Source of the DNA: Catajapyx aquilonaris
Lineage: Eukaryota
Assembly (NCBI GenBank): GCA_000934665.2
Contig: KZ538919.1
Location: 1-40,181, forward strand
Length of the DNA stretch: 40,181 nucleotides
Direction: 5' to 3'
Each line of letters opens with the position of its first letter. Within the stretch, counting starts at the first letter, position 1. The notes beneath the pieces were generated by a model. It was not told where the DNA came from, ran no database searches, and saw nothing but the letters and a program-made list of their open reading frames with translations. The translations under genes were made by a program, and so were the position numbers. Below are positions 1-12,563 of this stretch, piece after piece.

Positions 1-2053
1 GTTCATTTCACTTCGCGTGACGTCAACATTTTCTAGGGAAACAGTGACGTCACCATTTCCCTACATAAAAATCCCAATTACTCCGGAACGGGAACTGATA
101 TCTTAAAACGGAATATGCCAAAAAAATCCAAAAAATATGGGCGAATTTATTATGTAGTTTCCAAAATGAAGGCTAGTTCCCCATTATTATTAATTATAAA
201 GTTACCCTGGATAACTAATTTTCAAATATAAAATTCAGTTCTTACTTATACTGTATATACATAATGCAACAGAGTTCAATTCACCTTATGTTTAGAATGT
301 GGTCATGAGGTGGACAACCTCATTATCAAGGGTACAAACTGGAAGTGGGAAAATACAAGTCCCACAGTATTCTACACCGACATCACCCACTGCGAAATTA
401 CCAAGCTGCAAACACCGCAAAAAACCATGGAGGATCAGCTTACAAAACCATGATCCCTGTCATGTGCTCTGCACTACTGACACCTTGATTTGCCTCAGAT
501 TGGTTCAGTGACACTGCACCTCTGGTTGTTACCCTGTGTCGCGAGACGTGTCCACGTTATGCAATTCTCCAACTTTAACTTCCTGAAATGGCAAGTTCTA
601 GTTCCTTCGTAACATCTGTCATACCATAATTATGAGAATAATATTTCCGAACCGTGAAGCGATTACAAATTGAGATCAGGCGGTAGGTGGGGCAATGGGA
701 CAATCAAGTGAGTGGGTGAGCCGAAAAATTGAGCAAAATACTCTTTTCTATGCTGATGATGGATCGTGACTCGGATGACGAGGAAAATTGCTATGTTTTG
801 TCACGAGTTTCACGTAAAATGTCTCCCAGGCCAAACAACCGTTTGCTTGAGTTTTTCCACCCCACTCCTATATGTCTTTCCTCCGTTTGGATCAAGGCGG
901 CACAACACCCATGCAGAAGGAATCAGAGCAAGGCACAAACTTGGCTACTTTGCCTCCTCTTTCTTGTTCCATGTCTTCTCCACGTCGTGACCCACTGATG
1001 GTGTCGTCACAGAGGCCCATTTCACACGGGACCATATAGGAAGAGCTCGAGCCTTGACTCACTTCTGGTCCCGACCGTTTCAGTTCCAAAGTGGAACTCA
1101 TTTTTCATTGAGAACGCACCAATGAACAACCCTTTTTTGCGTCCTAACTATAATTACTCCGGAAGTTGGAGAGTTAGATTTGACTGAGTTTGTCTTCTTA
1201 TTATGAGCGGATTTTTCCTATCTGATAACGTCTGCCAAGTTTTTACTCAATCTACTGTAATATTGAGGACTACAATATTGCGGAATGGAAACGAATTAAA
1301 ACTTGAGAATAATGTTCTATGCTATGCAACATCCGTTAATTAGAGGAATCCTTTCAACCTTTGCAAGGTAAATTGCAATGCTATCCTATAGAATAAGATT
1401 TTATTCAAGATATTGTTCGGGTTTGACTAATAATGTATTTGATGCCACTTAAAGCTAATATTTAAGTACAGGTCTGCTACACTGGTATGCGGATTAAACT
1501 ATAACAATACCAGAGAAAGGTTTACTGTTGATAGCCAATAATGAGGCATGTTATTGGTAGCCAACCCGTACCAGAATAGTTATAGGTTACGATAAGATGA
1601 TTAAAATGAGCTACATGCATCACAGGTACACAAAGACTCCGATTTTAACGCAATTGTGAAAGTTACGCTTAGTGATTTTCACCTCCAGCTAATTCGAGAA
1701 AGTTAGCGGGAGTTCACTGAACAAGTTAGACATTGCTTTTATATAATCCTCAACCCAATATTCCACAGGCAAAACAAAGCTGAGCACAAATAATTTGTTA
1801 TCAAAATTCAAGAGTGGCACTGAATTGCTAGTTTGTTATTAAATAGGGTATCTGATACGTTTTCCCATCAAGACAGCCACGACCTTTCACGTCTTAAAAA
1901 CGTGTCACGGATTTCCCGAGTCACGACACAGTAATGTAGACATGTTAATGATTCCACACGGTGGAAATGAGTTACAGTAGTACAACACATGCATCATGCA
2001 TGCGGACTACACGCATATCGTAGAGTCCGGTTACAATGAATCCAAGATCTCAC

Positions 2054-2281
2054 CACAAAATGGAATTCCATCTGGTGTCCACCGTCCGTCTTCCTCGCAA
2101 ACCCTTCTTGCTGGTCCCAACAGCTCAAATCCTCGTTCACAAGCATAAGTGGCCACTGTCCCTTGCCTGAGAGTTTCTGACGAAAAGGACACTGATGAAT
2201 GAGCAGGAGCTCCTGGAAACCCACACACGGATGCGGCTGAAGATGCCGAAGATTCCGCTGGTAACGAAGCTGACCACGAAT
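2054..2281 (-). CDS. fw: Internal exon encoding a sushi/CCP domain; furrowed-like selectin-family protein, gene continues beyond the left edge
   Basis: Acceptor tttccaatattctag| and donor TGTG|GTGAGA bound a 228-nt phase 1-1 exon. It encodes DSWSASLPAESSASSAASVCGFPGAPAHSSVSFSSETLRQGTVATYACERGFELLGPARRVCEEDGRWTPDGIPFC (four Cys plus Trp of the CCP consensus). It resembles the N-terminal CCP of insect Furrowed as remembered; the domain call is firm, the symbol less so. Confidence 0.75.
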
Positions 2282-5200
2282 CTAGAATATTGGAAATAAA
2301 ACTGTTTAATATTCTTTAATACAGGTTATGTACAATGGAGATGCTTCCATTTACACACGCTAGTCAGAAATGGGAGGAATAAATCAAAGTAACCTGGCCC
2401 ACTGATTATTCAAACTTCTTTTCCACAAGGAAGAAGAAGAAGAAGAAACATTTTTTGGGCGTGACTTGGCGGGAAGGTCACTAAACAGCCGGAGGAGCTA
2501 CTCACTGCAAAAGGAGGTGAAATATTCAAGGTCTAAGTGTGCCCACGATCAAACGGTTTCAGAGGAGCTTGAATCACGACTAATGAACTTCATCGAGGGA
2601 ATAATTTCCCGTAAGAAGGGTTAAAAGGTTAGTCAGCTGATCCCAAGGTCGTGGTAAAAATGCACTACTAGGGATTTTTAAAGAGAAGCACATACACAGT
2701 AGGAGTATTGCGCAAAATAGTCCGAACAGTCATACCATAGACGACATTTCAATGAGAATATCGGAATGAACAATACTATTCAGTGCAAGGCGCGCCTCAT
2801 TATCCCAAATCTCCCACATAAAATAATTATGTGGCTCTTCCTAATCCTGAGGGCACTAGTGCAGACTGCAAAATTGATAAGAGTACATTATTTTGCTTGA
2901 TTGCCGGATAACACATTGAAATTCTCTGAGCTGCATTTTTAACATTGCGACTTTTTAGTTTTTACCACCTGCATGATTATTGTTAAGACCTGATGATCTA
3001 ACTACAGGTTCATTTCATGCATTAAAAACAGTATAACGAGACTGACATTTACAACTATTTTTGAAGCTGCATAAATATATTAACTTATTTTACTAACACT
3101 GTATAATACAGTATATTATTCTACAAGAAATTCCTGATTTTAAGAGAGTTTACACTGTATTCCGCTATAAGAAAGTGTATTTTCTAACGAAACGTAAATC
3201 ATTTCTCCAACTCATCATCGTTATTATTTTCTACGCCTAATAATTATTCTTCCCTAATTGCAACTTGTCACTTAGCTAGTTGCACTGGAAAAATATAATG
3301 TACAGTAGCCTACTATGATGTGGATGATAGACCAAATTTCAAAGCGTCATCGTGTGCACGTAAAACCAAAAACCCAATCTGAAAAAAATAATCAATATTA
3401 TGATAACATTTGCGCATATCATAGCATTTCAGTTGTTAAACTCCGTGTTATTCACCCCATTAATATTCCACTGCGAATAATCATTGATCATTTCTCATGA
3501 GAACAAGGAAGTTGGAAGCAGGGGTCAGTCATCCATGTAGGCTATACTTCTGAGAATAAAATTCACATATGCAGATCGCGTGATCTAACCCCTCTAACTA
3601 GATTTTTTATTTTAAAAATCAGTACTGTAATTGACAGGTTTTACGCATGCAAGGGTGACTTTCCTTGCCAACAGCATAAAATGTTTGACTTATTCACACT
3701 TCTCCTTGTTAGTTTAACCATGGGCAATGCATGTTGCCCAGGTGATCATTATAATAACTGTTACAGGCTTGTAATCAGGTTACAAGTGCATGACCTTTAC
3801 TCTTTCTCATAGATTTATTATTAAAAGGAAATTCGTGTATTATTATGATTTTAAATACTCGTAGACTATAGGCTATATCTCCCGTCAAGCTCTATAATAA
3901 TATTAATGAGTATGTGGGGAGGGAGGAGGGATATGGATTATTTATCACATCAAGATGCCCGAGATAAAGTAGGCACAATAGTACTTAGGATACGACCAAG
4001 AACAAAATATTGGTCAGAGTATATACAGTACAATGGATTCCATTGTCAGCGGAAGACTGCAAGGAAAACAACTTTCAAGGTAAACTCCATTATCACCTTC
4101 TTGATATGCGCATGTCACATCATAAAATAGTTTCATATTTTACTCATTGACTCGAGATAAAAATAGATCACTCTAATACCTACATTCTTTTCAATATGAT
4201 TAACAGTTTCACTGCATATAATTTTACGCAAAAAATATGCCACCACAGGAACAACTTTGTCAACATGCATTATTGAGCCTTACACTTACAGATTGTATTG
4301 CCAGTGAACTTGGTCAGAATAAAATAAATAAATGATGTGACATAGTGAATACATAGTGCCCCAGGGTGGTCCACCTACACTGCAAATTAGTATGAGACAG
4401 GAGATAGTGACAGTGAGCCTTCGCGAGATTTTTCATCAATATGGATATGACTCATTTTTGTAGCAAAGACATAATTACCGTATACACGTAGTTCTCCACA
4501 CTGTTAATTATATTCTAATTGATATGTTGTCCTACCACGCATATCTTACAACAATTTTGCAATTCTGACAGTTTCCAGCTATCCAGAATGCATATAAAAT
4601 AGGGGAGTACGCGCATATATATACAGTGTTTTGAGAATGTGAGAGCTTTTTTGAAAACGTACATCAAGGAGAGAAGATGTGTATCATAACCAAAATTACT
4701 AATCAGTCATTGACATCAACGTCGTCTGGAGGTAATTTTATTGATTGATTATGATTTGAATCTCTCCCCATAATACCGTAACTTATATTCACTTTCACAT
4801 AATATGCAAGCACTGGTATTGACTTTTTAAGCATTCAGTGGATAGTGTTTAATGATTGAAACTAAAATATGCATAAATGAGATAAATACGACGTAATAAT
4901 TATATAATTTTCTTTTACAGACAGGGAATAAGACAATATCATGATTAAATTTATACGCGCAATCAACATTAGTTTGTACTTGTATTTATGTGTACAATGG
5001 CGCAATTAAGGGCTCTATAATAATACTGTTGCAGAAAAACCGTTCTCATACTGGTATGAATTCATAAAAAATTAAGCAAAACATTTTCCTTGACCCCCAT
5101 GCCAAAAACCTGGTTATTCTAGTAATTTTTCTACTGCATTCATAACTAGATGTAAATTATAACATTTAGCTGCAACAGATTATTTTCATACTCCTATACA

Positions 5201-6795
5201 TCACGAAGGTCTGAAAAATTTCGCTCCCACGAAGTAGGCCATTTTATATAAGACACGTATATTGTACTACAAACACAGACTGCATCTGACCCGACCTTTT
5301 GCCATTGTTACTTCTTTTCCAGAAAATCCACACGATTACGGATTTCCGGAATCTAAATCCTCTCATACTTAATCCGCTTTTATCAGTCACGTTCGTAATA
5401 TCATTATTCCCCGAATAACGATGCCTGGAACAAGGAGACGACCCTTCAGCTCATTATAAGAAAGGTTATCGTTTTCATATATAGACTCTGTAGAACAAAC
5501 CAAGGATACCAATATTTTGCTCTCTTCTAGGCCATTCTGACTAATATTAATTCGACTTCACCTTGAGTTCCCCATTTTTGCACCATAAGGCGCCCCATAC
5601 AGGTAAATAACATATGTCATTTTTGGTCCTACTCGAAAAACGCCCCTGGAAATATTTCGAAACTGTTCCTTAGCCGGCAGGTGAGAGACGTAACCTTGAC
5701 CCGTCTTTTATTCCTCCCCATCCCCAGGCCCCTCGAGTAAAGGAACCGCTATTCGGACCGCTGCCACCGTGTTGCCAAATTGTGCATTTCCTCAGACAAC
5801 AAACACTCGCCTAGCAGCATTCAATCTTCTAAGTAGCAAGTGGGCATAGTGCTGGAGGTCATTGCGTGAGGTGAGGTGTTGCAGTGATGTCACGGATGAT
5901 ATCACAGCCTTTCAGGATGATTTTATATGCTCGAGTATCTATTGGGGCCTCAGTTTCCTTGATCGACCACCAACAGAATCAAATAAAAAAAATTCACAAC
6001 TGTAGACGGTAATAGTGAGTAAGTAGCTATTAAATAAAAGTTTGTTTCAGGATGATTTTAGATGTAATTTAAATTTCATGGCCTATTCGTGGGTTCCTGC
6101 TAAATGCATTGTTTTTCTCTATTCAGAATCGTCTAAATGTGTGTCAGAAGAAAAGTGAAGTCGGAGGCAAAAAATAGTCTTATTCTAAACTCTGTTATCA
6201 CGATCCAGAAAGGATGAGAACTGGAAGAATGCAGGTGAAGCTGTAAATTGTCACGAAGAAACGGCATTCCTCTTTTTTTTTGTCTTAATTCCTTTAAATT
6301 CTCACCTCTGTGCCATTCAGTTAGAATGTATCATATTCGTCTACTTCGGCAAAAAAACCGCACAGCTACGGATCTTTCACAGTTTTGAATAATTTGCCTT
6401 CTAAATATTGAAAGTTATTGCAGTGTCTACATCGCAATGATTAACGGATATCACTGTGCAGGCTGTCTTGTGAACAGTATTATGCAGGAAATATTTTCAA
6501 CGTTAATTATGAAGGTGTTCACTCTCATGAATAATTTATGGCTGGCGAACTCTTTCTACGTGAATGAATAACTTGCAAAAATTTTGCTTCTCAAGTAGAA
6601 ATCCCGTCATGCACAGCACCTTCCAAGAGAATCTGCCAGGTCGTGGCAGGCACTTGTCAGTTTTGTTTTATGACGTTTTAGTTCATTTGCAAGCCAAAAA
6701 AGCACAATACCACAATCAAATGCCCCGTATGAATAGAAATTCGTGAAATATAATGAGAGTATAAGAAAGTTTCGGAATTGAAAACTACTTGAGCC

Positions 6796-7324
6796 GCACG
6801 TGCAGGGGCAGCTTATTTTATACGACCGGAAGGGCCGTGCCATCATGACCTACAATTTTTACACCGATACGGGTGTTGAACGACACGTAGTTTTGCACTG
6901 TTCTTTTGGCGAAAATGATGAGACGTATGAAGTTTAAACACGAGGATACATGTGCAGTAAAACTTCATGCCAACCCATTGTTTGTAGTACTTGCCATGTC
7001 AATGCCAAGCATTTCATCTCAAACCCGATTGTTACGGTCCGTCAGAATTTAGAATTAAACGCATTTTGGCGCAACATAGATTGCAGTAGAAATAGGCTAT
7101 TGATTGGATCACATTGTTATCAGCGTTTCAGAATGATATCCTAGCTCTATGTAACCAGAGGCACTCCGGTGCTTTTTCTTACAGGTTTTCATTCCCAATA
7201 GGAAAAGAGCCAAACTCCAAAGTGCAAAATTGCGTGCCATTCAGCACCTGCATATCGTATGGTTCGTATCGGTGTAAAAATTATGTGCCATAATATCATG
7301 ACTCTTACGTATGACTGTACGTGC
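6796..7324. mobile_element. Degenerate fold-back/MITE-like element in fw intron 1
   Basis: Inverted arms: AATTTTTACACCGATACG (~6855) versus CGTATCGGTGTAAAAATT (~7266), and ggtgttgaacgacacgtagttttgcact versus agtgcaaaattgcgtgccattcagcacc. Ends are approximate and no clear TSD. Confidence 0.5.
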
Positions 7325-7458
7325 TGTTCAGATTATTTAAAGTGGTCAGTGGTGATGTACCGCTCCACCATTTTCCAGTCTGTTGGCCCTTGTTCTGTTG
7401 GGGTATTCAGTTATTTTTCGAACATATCGGAACCAGCAATAATTATTACATGTCTACG

Positions 7459-7799
7459 GGGGAGGTGTGGTGGCCGTGATGGTAACGTCTCGGCTTGCTG
7501 AGTGAAAGGCCCCAGGTTCGATCCCCGCCTGGGGAACTTTCCTTTCACCTGCGTCAGGAGGGTCTCTGACCTGCACCAAGGAGGTGTCTGGCAACCTAAC
7601 CTCCTGGGGAACAGCACATGACCCCTTTACCGACATTGCACTTGCACCTATGTTCCCTCCCCAAAAATCCCTACCCCTACCCTACATCCTTGTCTCCTTG
7701 CACCGGTGTATGAAGTTAATTCAGAAAATGGAGTGAAATGGTGGTATTCCACCCCCCTAAAAAGGCTCAGCCTTATCACGGGGTAACGTAAAAAAAAAA

Positions 7800-7835
<36 letters not shown>
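7459..7835 (+). mobile_element. tRNA-derived SINE, family A, copy 1 (full length)
   Basis: A box TGGCCGTGATGG, B box GGTTCGATCCC, and A/(AAT)n tail. 18-bp TSD AATTATTACATGTCTACG at 7441-7458 and 7836-7853. Near-identical copy at 32593-32928. Confidence 0.92.
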
Positions 7836-7837
<2 letters not shown>

Positions 7838-9096
7838 TTATTACATGTCTACGTAGGCCTACAGTACACGAGACAACATTTCTCACATCACAGTCCGCTT
7901 TAGAGCACTTTAATTCAGGTTAAATATTTTTAATTGCCCACTTTGGGATTGCGTAATAATTTATCTTCCTTTATAAGCTCACTTGAACACCTACAACGCT
8001 ACAAACCTGTATTAAAGGACTGGTAACCGTATATTTTAAGTTGACGAATTATTTTAATTCTCATTTTTCATGTTCAAAGGAATAGCCGATAGGAATATCA
8101 GGCATGTCAATCATTGTGTAATTGCTCCTTAATTAATTAACTTTTATTAGTTTTACGGCAATAACTCTGGTGGGCCGAAAGCCTTACAGGAAACCTGATC
8201 AGTACACGCCTTCAGTTAATGCAATCTTTTCTATGTATTGTACCACAGCAGAATACAAAATTCCTTTACGTGTAGCAAACAAGTCGTAGGCTACAAATCT
8301 TCACTGTAAAGCATCTATGAAAAATCTTGGATTCTTGGATATTCTTATAAACTTGTTAGGCATATAAATATTAGGAAAACATTCGTACATACTGTGATGC
8401 AGTTTAAATGTTGGTTACACAAACTCTTCACCAGTAGCCTACACCAGACCTCACAATTTTGTAATCTGAATCCGCTACGTATATGGTGAATACACGCGCA
8501 AAGAAGTCAAGTATTGCCACAATAACTCCTATAAGAAGTGGACAAAATGAAATTGTTGCACTTACTCTGCTTGAAAATTAATAACAGTGTTCTTCTCGTA
8601 TGGTATAAATAACTTCAAAGGTTTCACCGCAATAATGTTAACAAAATATATACCTGTATTAGCGTCAGAACGGCAAGACAAATATTTTAGTCAGAGATAG
8701 CCGACACATTTTTTTCCAAGGGTCATTAAATAAACACCATTCTGCCTCGCCACGTTAAAACATTAAGTTCTGCAGCAACTTAAATTATGTCTTTGTTTTC
8801 AGCGCATATAGACTGAGTTGTAGTCAAAAATGTGTTAGTGCAGTGAGGTCTTCAGCTCAATTTGCTTCGTAATTTCTGCCTAATGTTACCAGCCATTACA
8901 AACACCCTATAATATTCCAACAAGCAAAACAGCATAATTATACAATTACTCTACCACTATGCAGTATTAAATGTAGGAAATAACCATTTCTCGCACATTT
9001 TGTAAATGTACGCATAAGTCACACTGTCACAATCGCCCGAAACCACCCTCTTACTCCACAATAAGGATATCCTTGGACCACGCTGTTTGGACTAAC

Positions 9097-9169
9097 CTCC
9101 TATGAGAAATCCGACCAGGAAGAACCACACCACAAACGGAATCCTCCACATAATCCTTCCGAGCCACAT
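9097..9169 (-). CDS. fw: First coding exon (signal peptide) of furrowed-like sushi/CCP-domain cell-surface protein
   Basis: ATG at 9169 (context cacaccATG) encodes MWLGRIMWRIPFVVWFFLVGFLIG, a basic N-region plus hydrophobic core. It ends at a phase-1 donor GGAG|GTTAGT (intron starts 9096), phase-compatible with the CCP exon at 2281. Too short for the ORF track. Confidence 0.7.
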
Positions 9170-11437
9170 GGTGTGGTGCCCACCCCTGGAACTCCAGCCA
9201 AAGACTGACTGAATGGCCAGTCTAGTGGTATTTCAGCTGGACCGCCGCTACATTCTCTACGTCACTTCTCTTCCACCAATCAGCGTTCTTTCCAAGTTCA
9301 TTTTCCCGCTGCCTGATGCAGCAACGCCTCTTTCTCTATCTTCTTTCTGCCTCCGTGGGTGCATAAGTAGAGTGACCCGAGGTCACTTGGAAGATCTTTT
9401 GCCAGGCGTCGTCGTGGTGCTTGGCTCTAATAAGCATGGATGGGCTGCGATTTTTCGCTTGATGGAGTCATTAGTGGGGTTTCATTGCGGTTTTATGGCG
9501 TTTTGCTGTGACCTGATTAGCAGCCAAATGTTGGGCACTTTAGTTTAATTGAGGGACTAACTGTTCACATACACTGTGCCTTCTCTGCGACCTGGACGAA
9601 TATGCGTGTGCCTATGTGGTGCGGGTGACAGTAATTCCTGAAAACATGTCGTCCGTGTCCACAGATAGCGTTTGTACCGGTGCGATTGTCTCGATAGCAA
9701 TGTGGCAGCTGAATTGTGTATCGAAACATGCTTTAGGTATACGAGATGATCCAAAGCACTTGGTCTCAAAATTTTGGATATTTGTTGGCACTAAGGTGCT
9801 TCTTTTAGCAGTTGCTTTTTAGTCCTTTTAAATTATATCAAAAGTATTAACTTATACTCTTATAGTATTAAGCTACTTGTACCCACCCTTTTTGAATCCT
9901 TCAGGGGGGGTCTGGTATGAACAGTGTGGGTTCTGTCTTTGACATTATGCCAAATTGCCAATATATTGTTCCGATGGGGGTCATTGCTAATCAGAAATAC
10001 TCTGCAGTTCAGAATGAAATAAATGATTCAGTTCACATTATATTGCCAGCTAATACTTTTGATAACCAATAAAAGTAACTGCTTAAAATAAGCCCACAAA
10101 GTGCCGTTACATAGACGATATACATTTACCATATTTAGAATATATTACCCTGTACATCGCAACAATGCAGATTATTGTTCACTCTACTTTACAGGGAATG
10201 TATGAGATAGGATGCCATTCTGCAGTAAACCAAAAGATTAGTGTAAAATATCATCTGGATATAAATATTATTTTCCAATCATTATAAAATTCTCCTCAGT
10301 TTTAACTGTGTCACCTTGCACCTTTCTTTCTATTCATGTTAGTGGGTGTAACATTGTGACGCTAGACTGGTATCGAAGTTGCTTGCTAGATCTCGCATGA
10401 GAATGTATCAGACAATTTAAAACTACCTTTCGGTCCAAATAATTGATGTATGGGCTGTCACATTCTCGCGATAAATTCTTAAGAATAATATAACCAGCAT
10501 GTAAAATATATAGCGTGTTCCAACTGAAATGTTCCATCTGGTAAGAAATATTTTGGCACTATACGATGTTTAATTTTGAGAATGAGTTTCCAAAGGCGAT
10601 AGATAGAAATATTTGTTGCTAGTATTATATAGAGGAAAAAGCATTATACTCTACCATGAAATACGTTTTTTCGATCTTATGATAAAGTATTGAGAGTGAC
10701 GAATAATTCTGACCCAGGACCAAGCCCTTGACGTCAGTGGTTGAATCCGTATATCACATCCTCCTCCGTTTGTTCAAATGTAGGCCTACATAAGCACCAT
10801 TTCATCTCATATTATTGGCAGCTAATATTATTGCTGCACTTTTAAAATGTTTGTTCCAGATAAGCTGCTGAAAATGATTAAGCGCTTTAGTGTGAATTAA
10901 TGGCTGACAGCTAAGGTACTAATTCAATTATTGGAACACTCGGTATTGCTATATATACTGTAGTCAGTCTCTGTACAGTACTGTTGTAGATTCTGCAATG
11001 ATTTCCCCCAACACAATGACAGATTGACATGTACAAAAACCTTTTTGAGCCCCAGTAAATCTGCCGAAACCGACTACAAAAATGCTCCAAAAGAATTGAA
11101 TGATTACATAATATGCATTCCACAGCAGATGGTCACAATGATGGCATTGAACTGGAGCGTGGAAAGGACTCAGTTGAGTGATTATATTATTATTATTTTC
11201 GCGTCAAGTGTAGTAATGAAACATTACTCTTGCGCAAGTATTTCCCGAGAAAGTCATTAATGTCGCATCTTACACACCGTGGCTGTTGTTATGGGCGACA
11301 TGATGTGCTCTGTCAGTCACCGATGAATTAATTGCTAATGTTATTACCATAAAGCAACATAAAGCAAAGCCAGTATAAAGGTCCCTCCTGGTGATGTTGC
11401 TGCCTGCGATCATGTGGATAGCAGTGGTTTCTAGCTG

Positions 11438-11675
11438 GAGTGGTTCCCAACATTTTTCTGGTGGCGACCCCCTTTTATATATGATAGTCACGTAACCTGC
11501 GACCCCCCCCCCCCCCGAGTGTAAGTAGCTTAGGCCTTAGGTTAGTAGGTGTTGAAAGAAAAACCTTCGCGATGAAATTTCCTGTAATTTATTTTTATTA
11601 TTATTTTAAAATTTTCAATTTATAACAATTACCGCGGCCACGCGCGACCCCCCGGAAAAGGCTTCGCGACCCCTG
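11438..11675. mobile_element. hAT-like non-autonomous element, right end eroded
   Basis: Starts gAGTGGTTCCCAACATTTTT, like hAT CAGTGGTTCCCAAC termini, and carries four GCGACCCC subterminal repeats. Right TIR and TSD are not clean. Confidence 0.5.
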
Positions 11676-11799
11676 CTGTATAGCATGTATGTACCGGTAT
11701 TTGATTACTGCTAATTTGATTTCGTACAGGAGCTTCTTTCCAATAAATTTATTTGTTGTTTTTTTAATTATTACAATATAGTAGCCTACTATACAAGTT

Positions 11800-12563
11800 G
11801 CGTGCAGAGATGGCAGCATCGGACAGATATCACGCATTGGAAATGTTCCGAGTCTGAGATAACACCATAATAACGTGGTGTAACAATGAGCATTCCTATA
11901 ATTTCCTGGTGACGGCGCCCCATGGCAGCCACCACCCCCAGGCCCTCTCTTTCTCCCTGCATTCCGCACAGCCCCGGCCGATTGAGTTTGTGCCTGTTGC
12001 CTTCGTCTCCCTTTCCCTCCTCGCCACACCATCCATCCCAACAACAGCCATGCCATCCCAAGCCATCCTCAACGGAACTTGTGTGCGCGGGAATGGCGCA
12101 CCTCGCCAGTCACTTGTCGTCCTCCCGCCGCAAGTCCTCCTGGGATAGCACCACGTGACCCCACCCGACCAATGGGCGCCCTCCCCCCCGACCGCCATGT
12201 CTCTTGGCCTAGTTGCGCTCCTCTGGCGGCGGAGGTGGAGGAGGGGGGACAAGAAGAAGAGTCACTCGCTCCTCTACTCATCGGGTCCTACTAGCTGCTG
12301 GGGGGACAGTTTTTTTTAGGGGGCCCCACACACGCGTTTTTTGTGGCCTCTTTCTCCGGGAGCAGCGTTCTATCCCTCCCGTCTCTCCGTGTGTTTTTTG
12401 TACACCACTCTAATCCCTCCAGACGGGACCTGGCTTGGGGGATCGTCGAACAAGAGTGTTCCCGCCGTCCCACCATTGCCCACTCCCCCCCTGCTGAGGC
12501 CGACCCAGAGAGTGCGTCCTCCCCCAGAGAGATAGATAGAAGAGAGGAGGAGGACCATGCAGG
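11800..12563 (+). promoter_or_regulatory. GC/CpG-rich promoter and 5' UTR region of Nup153
   Basis: Sharp rise in GC and CpG content immediately upstream of the Nup153 ATG, with a CCAAT at ~12169. The transcription start is not locatable from sequence. Confidence 0.5.

Noticed and set aside
1..1330. Possible DNA-transposon ends and short ORFs (AATTACTCCGGAA at ~77 and ~1152)
   Set aside because: No matching TIR pair, TSD or recognisable protein, and no next furrowed exon was found here.
5681..5727. Intron-like GTGAGA...polypyrimidine-CAG on the plus strand
   Set aside because: Only 47 nt, antisense within the fw intron, with no coherent flanking ORF.
7459..7535. tRNA-like sequences (also ~18770-18847, ~19669-19745, ~32850-32928)
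   Set aside because: These are SINE heads: poor cloverleaf, attached to a body, tail and TSD.
9063..9074. U12-type donor-like ATATCCTT
   Set aside because: Part of the palindrome AAGGATATCCTT, downstream of an in-frame TAG; the GT donor at 9096 explains the exon.
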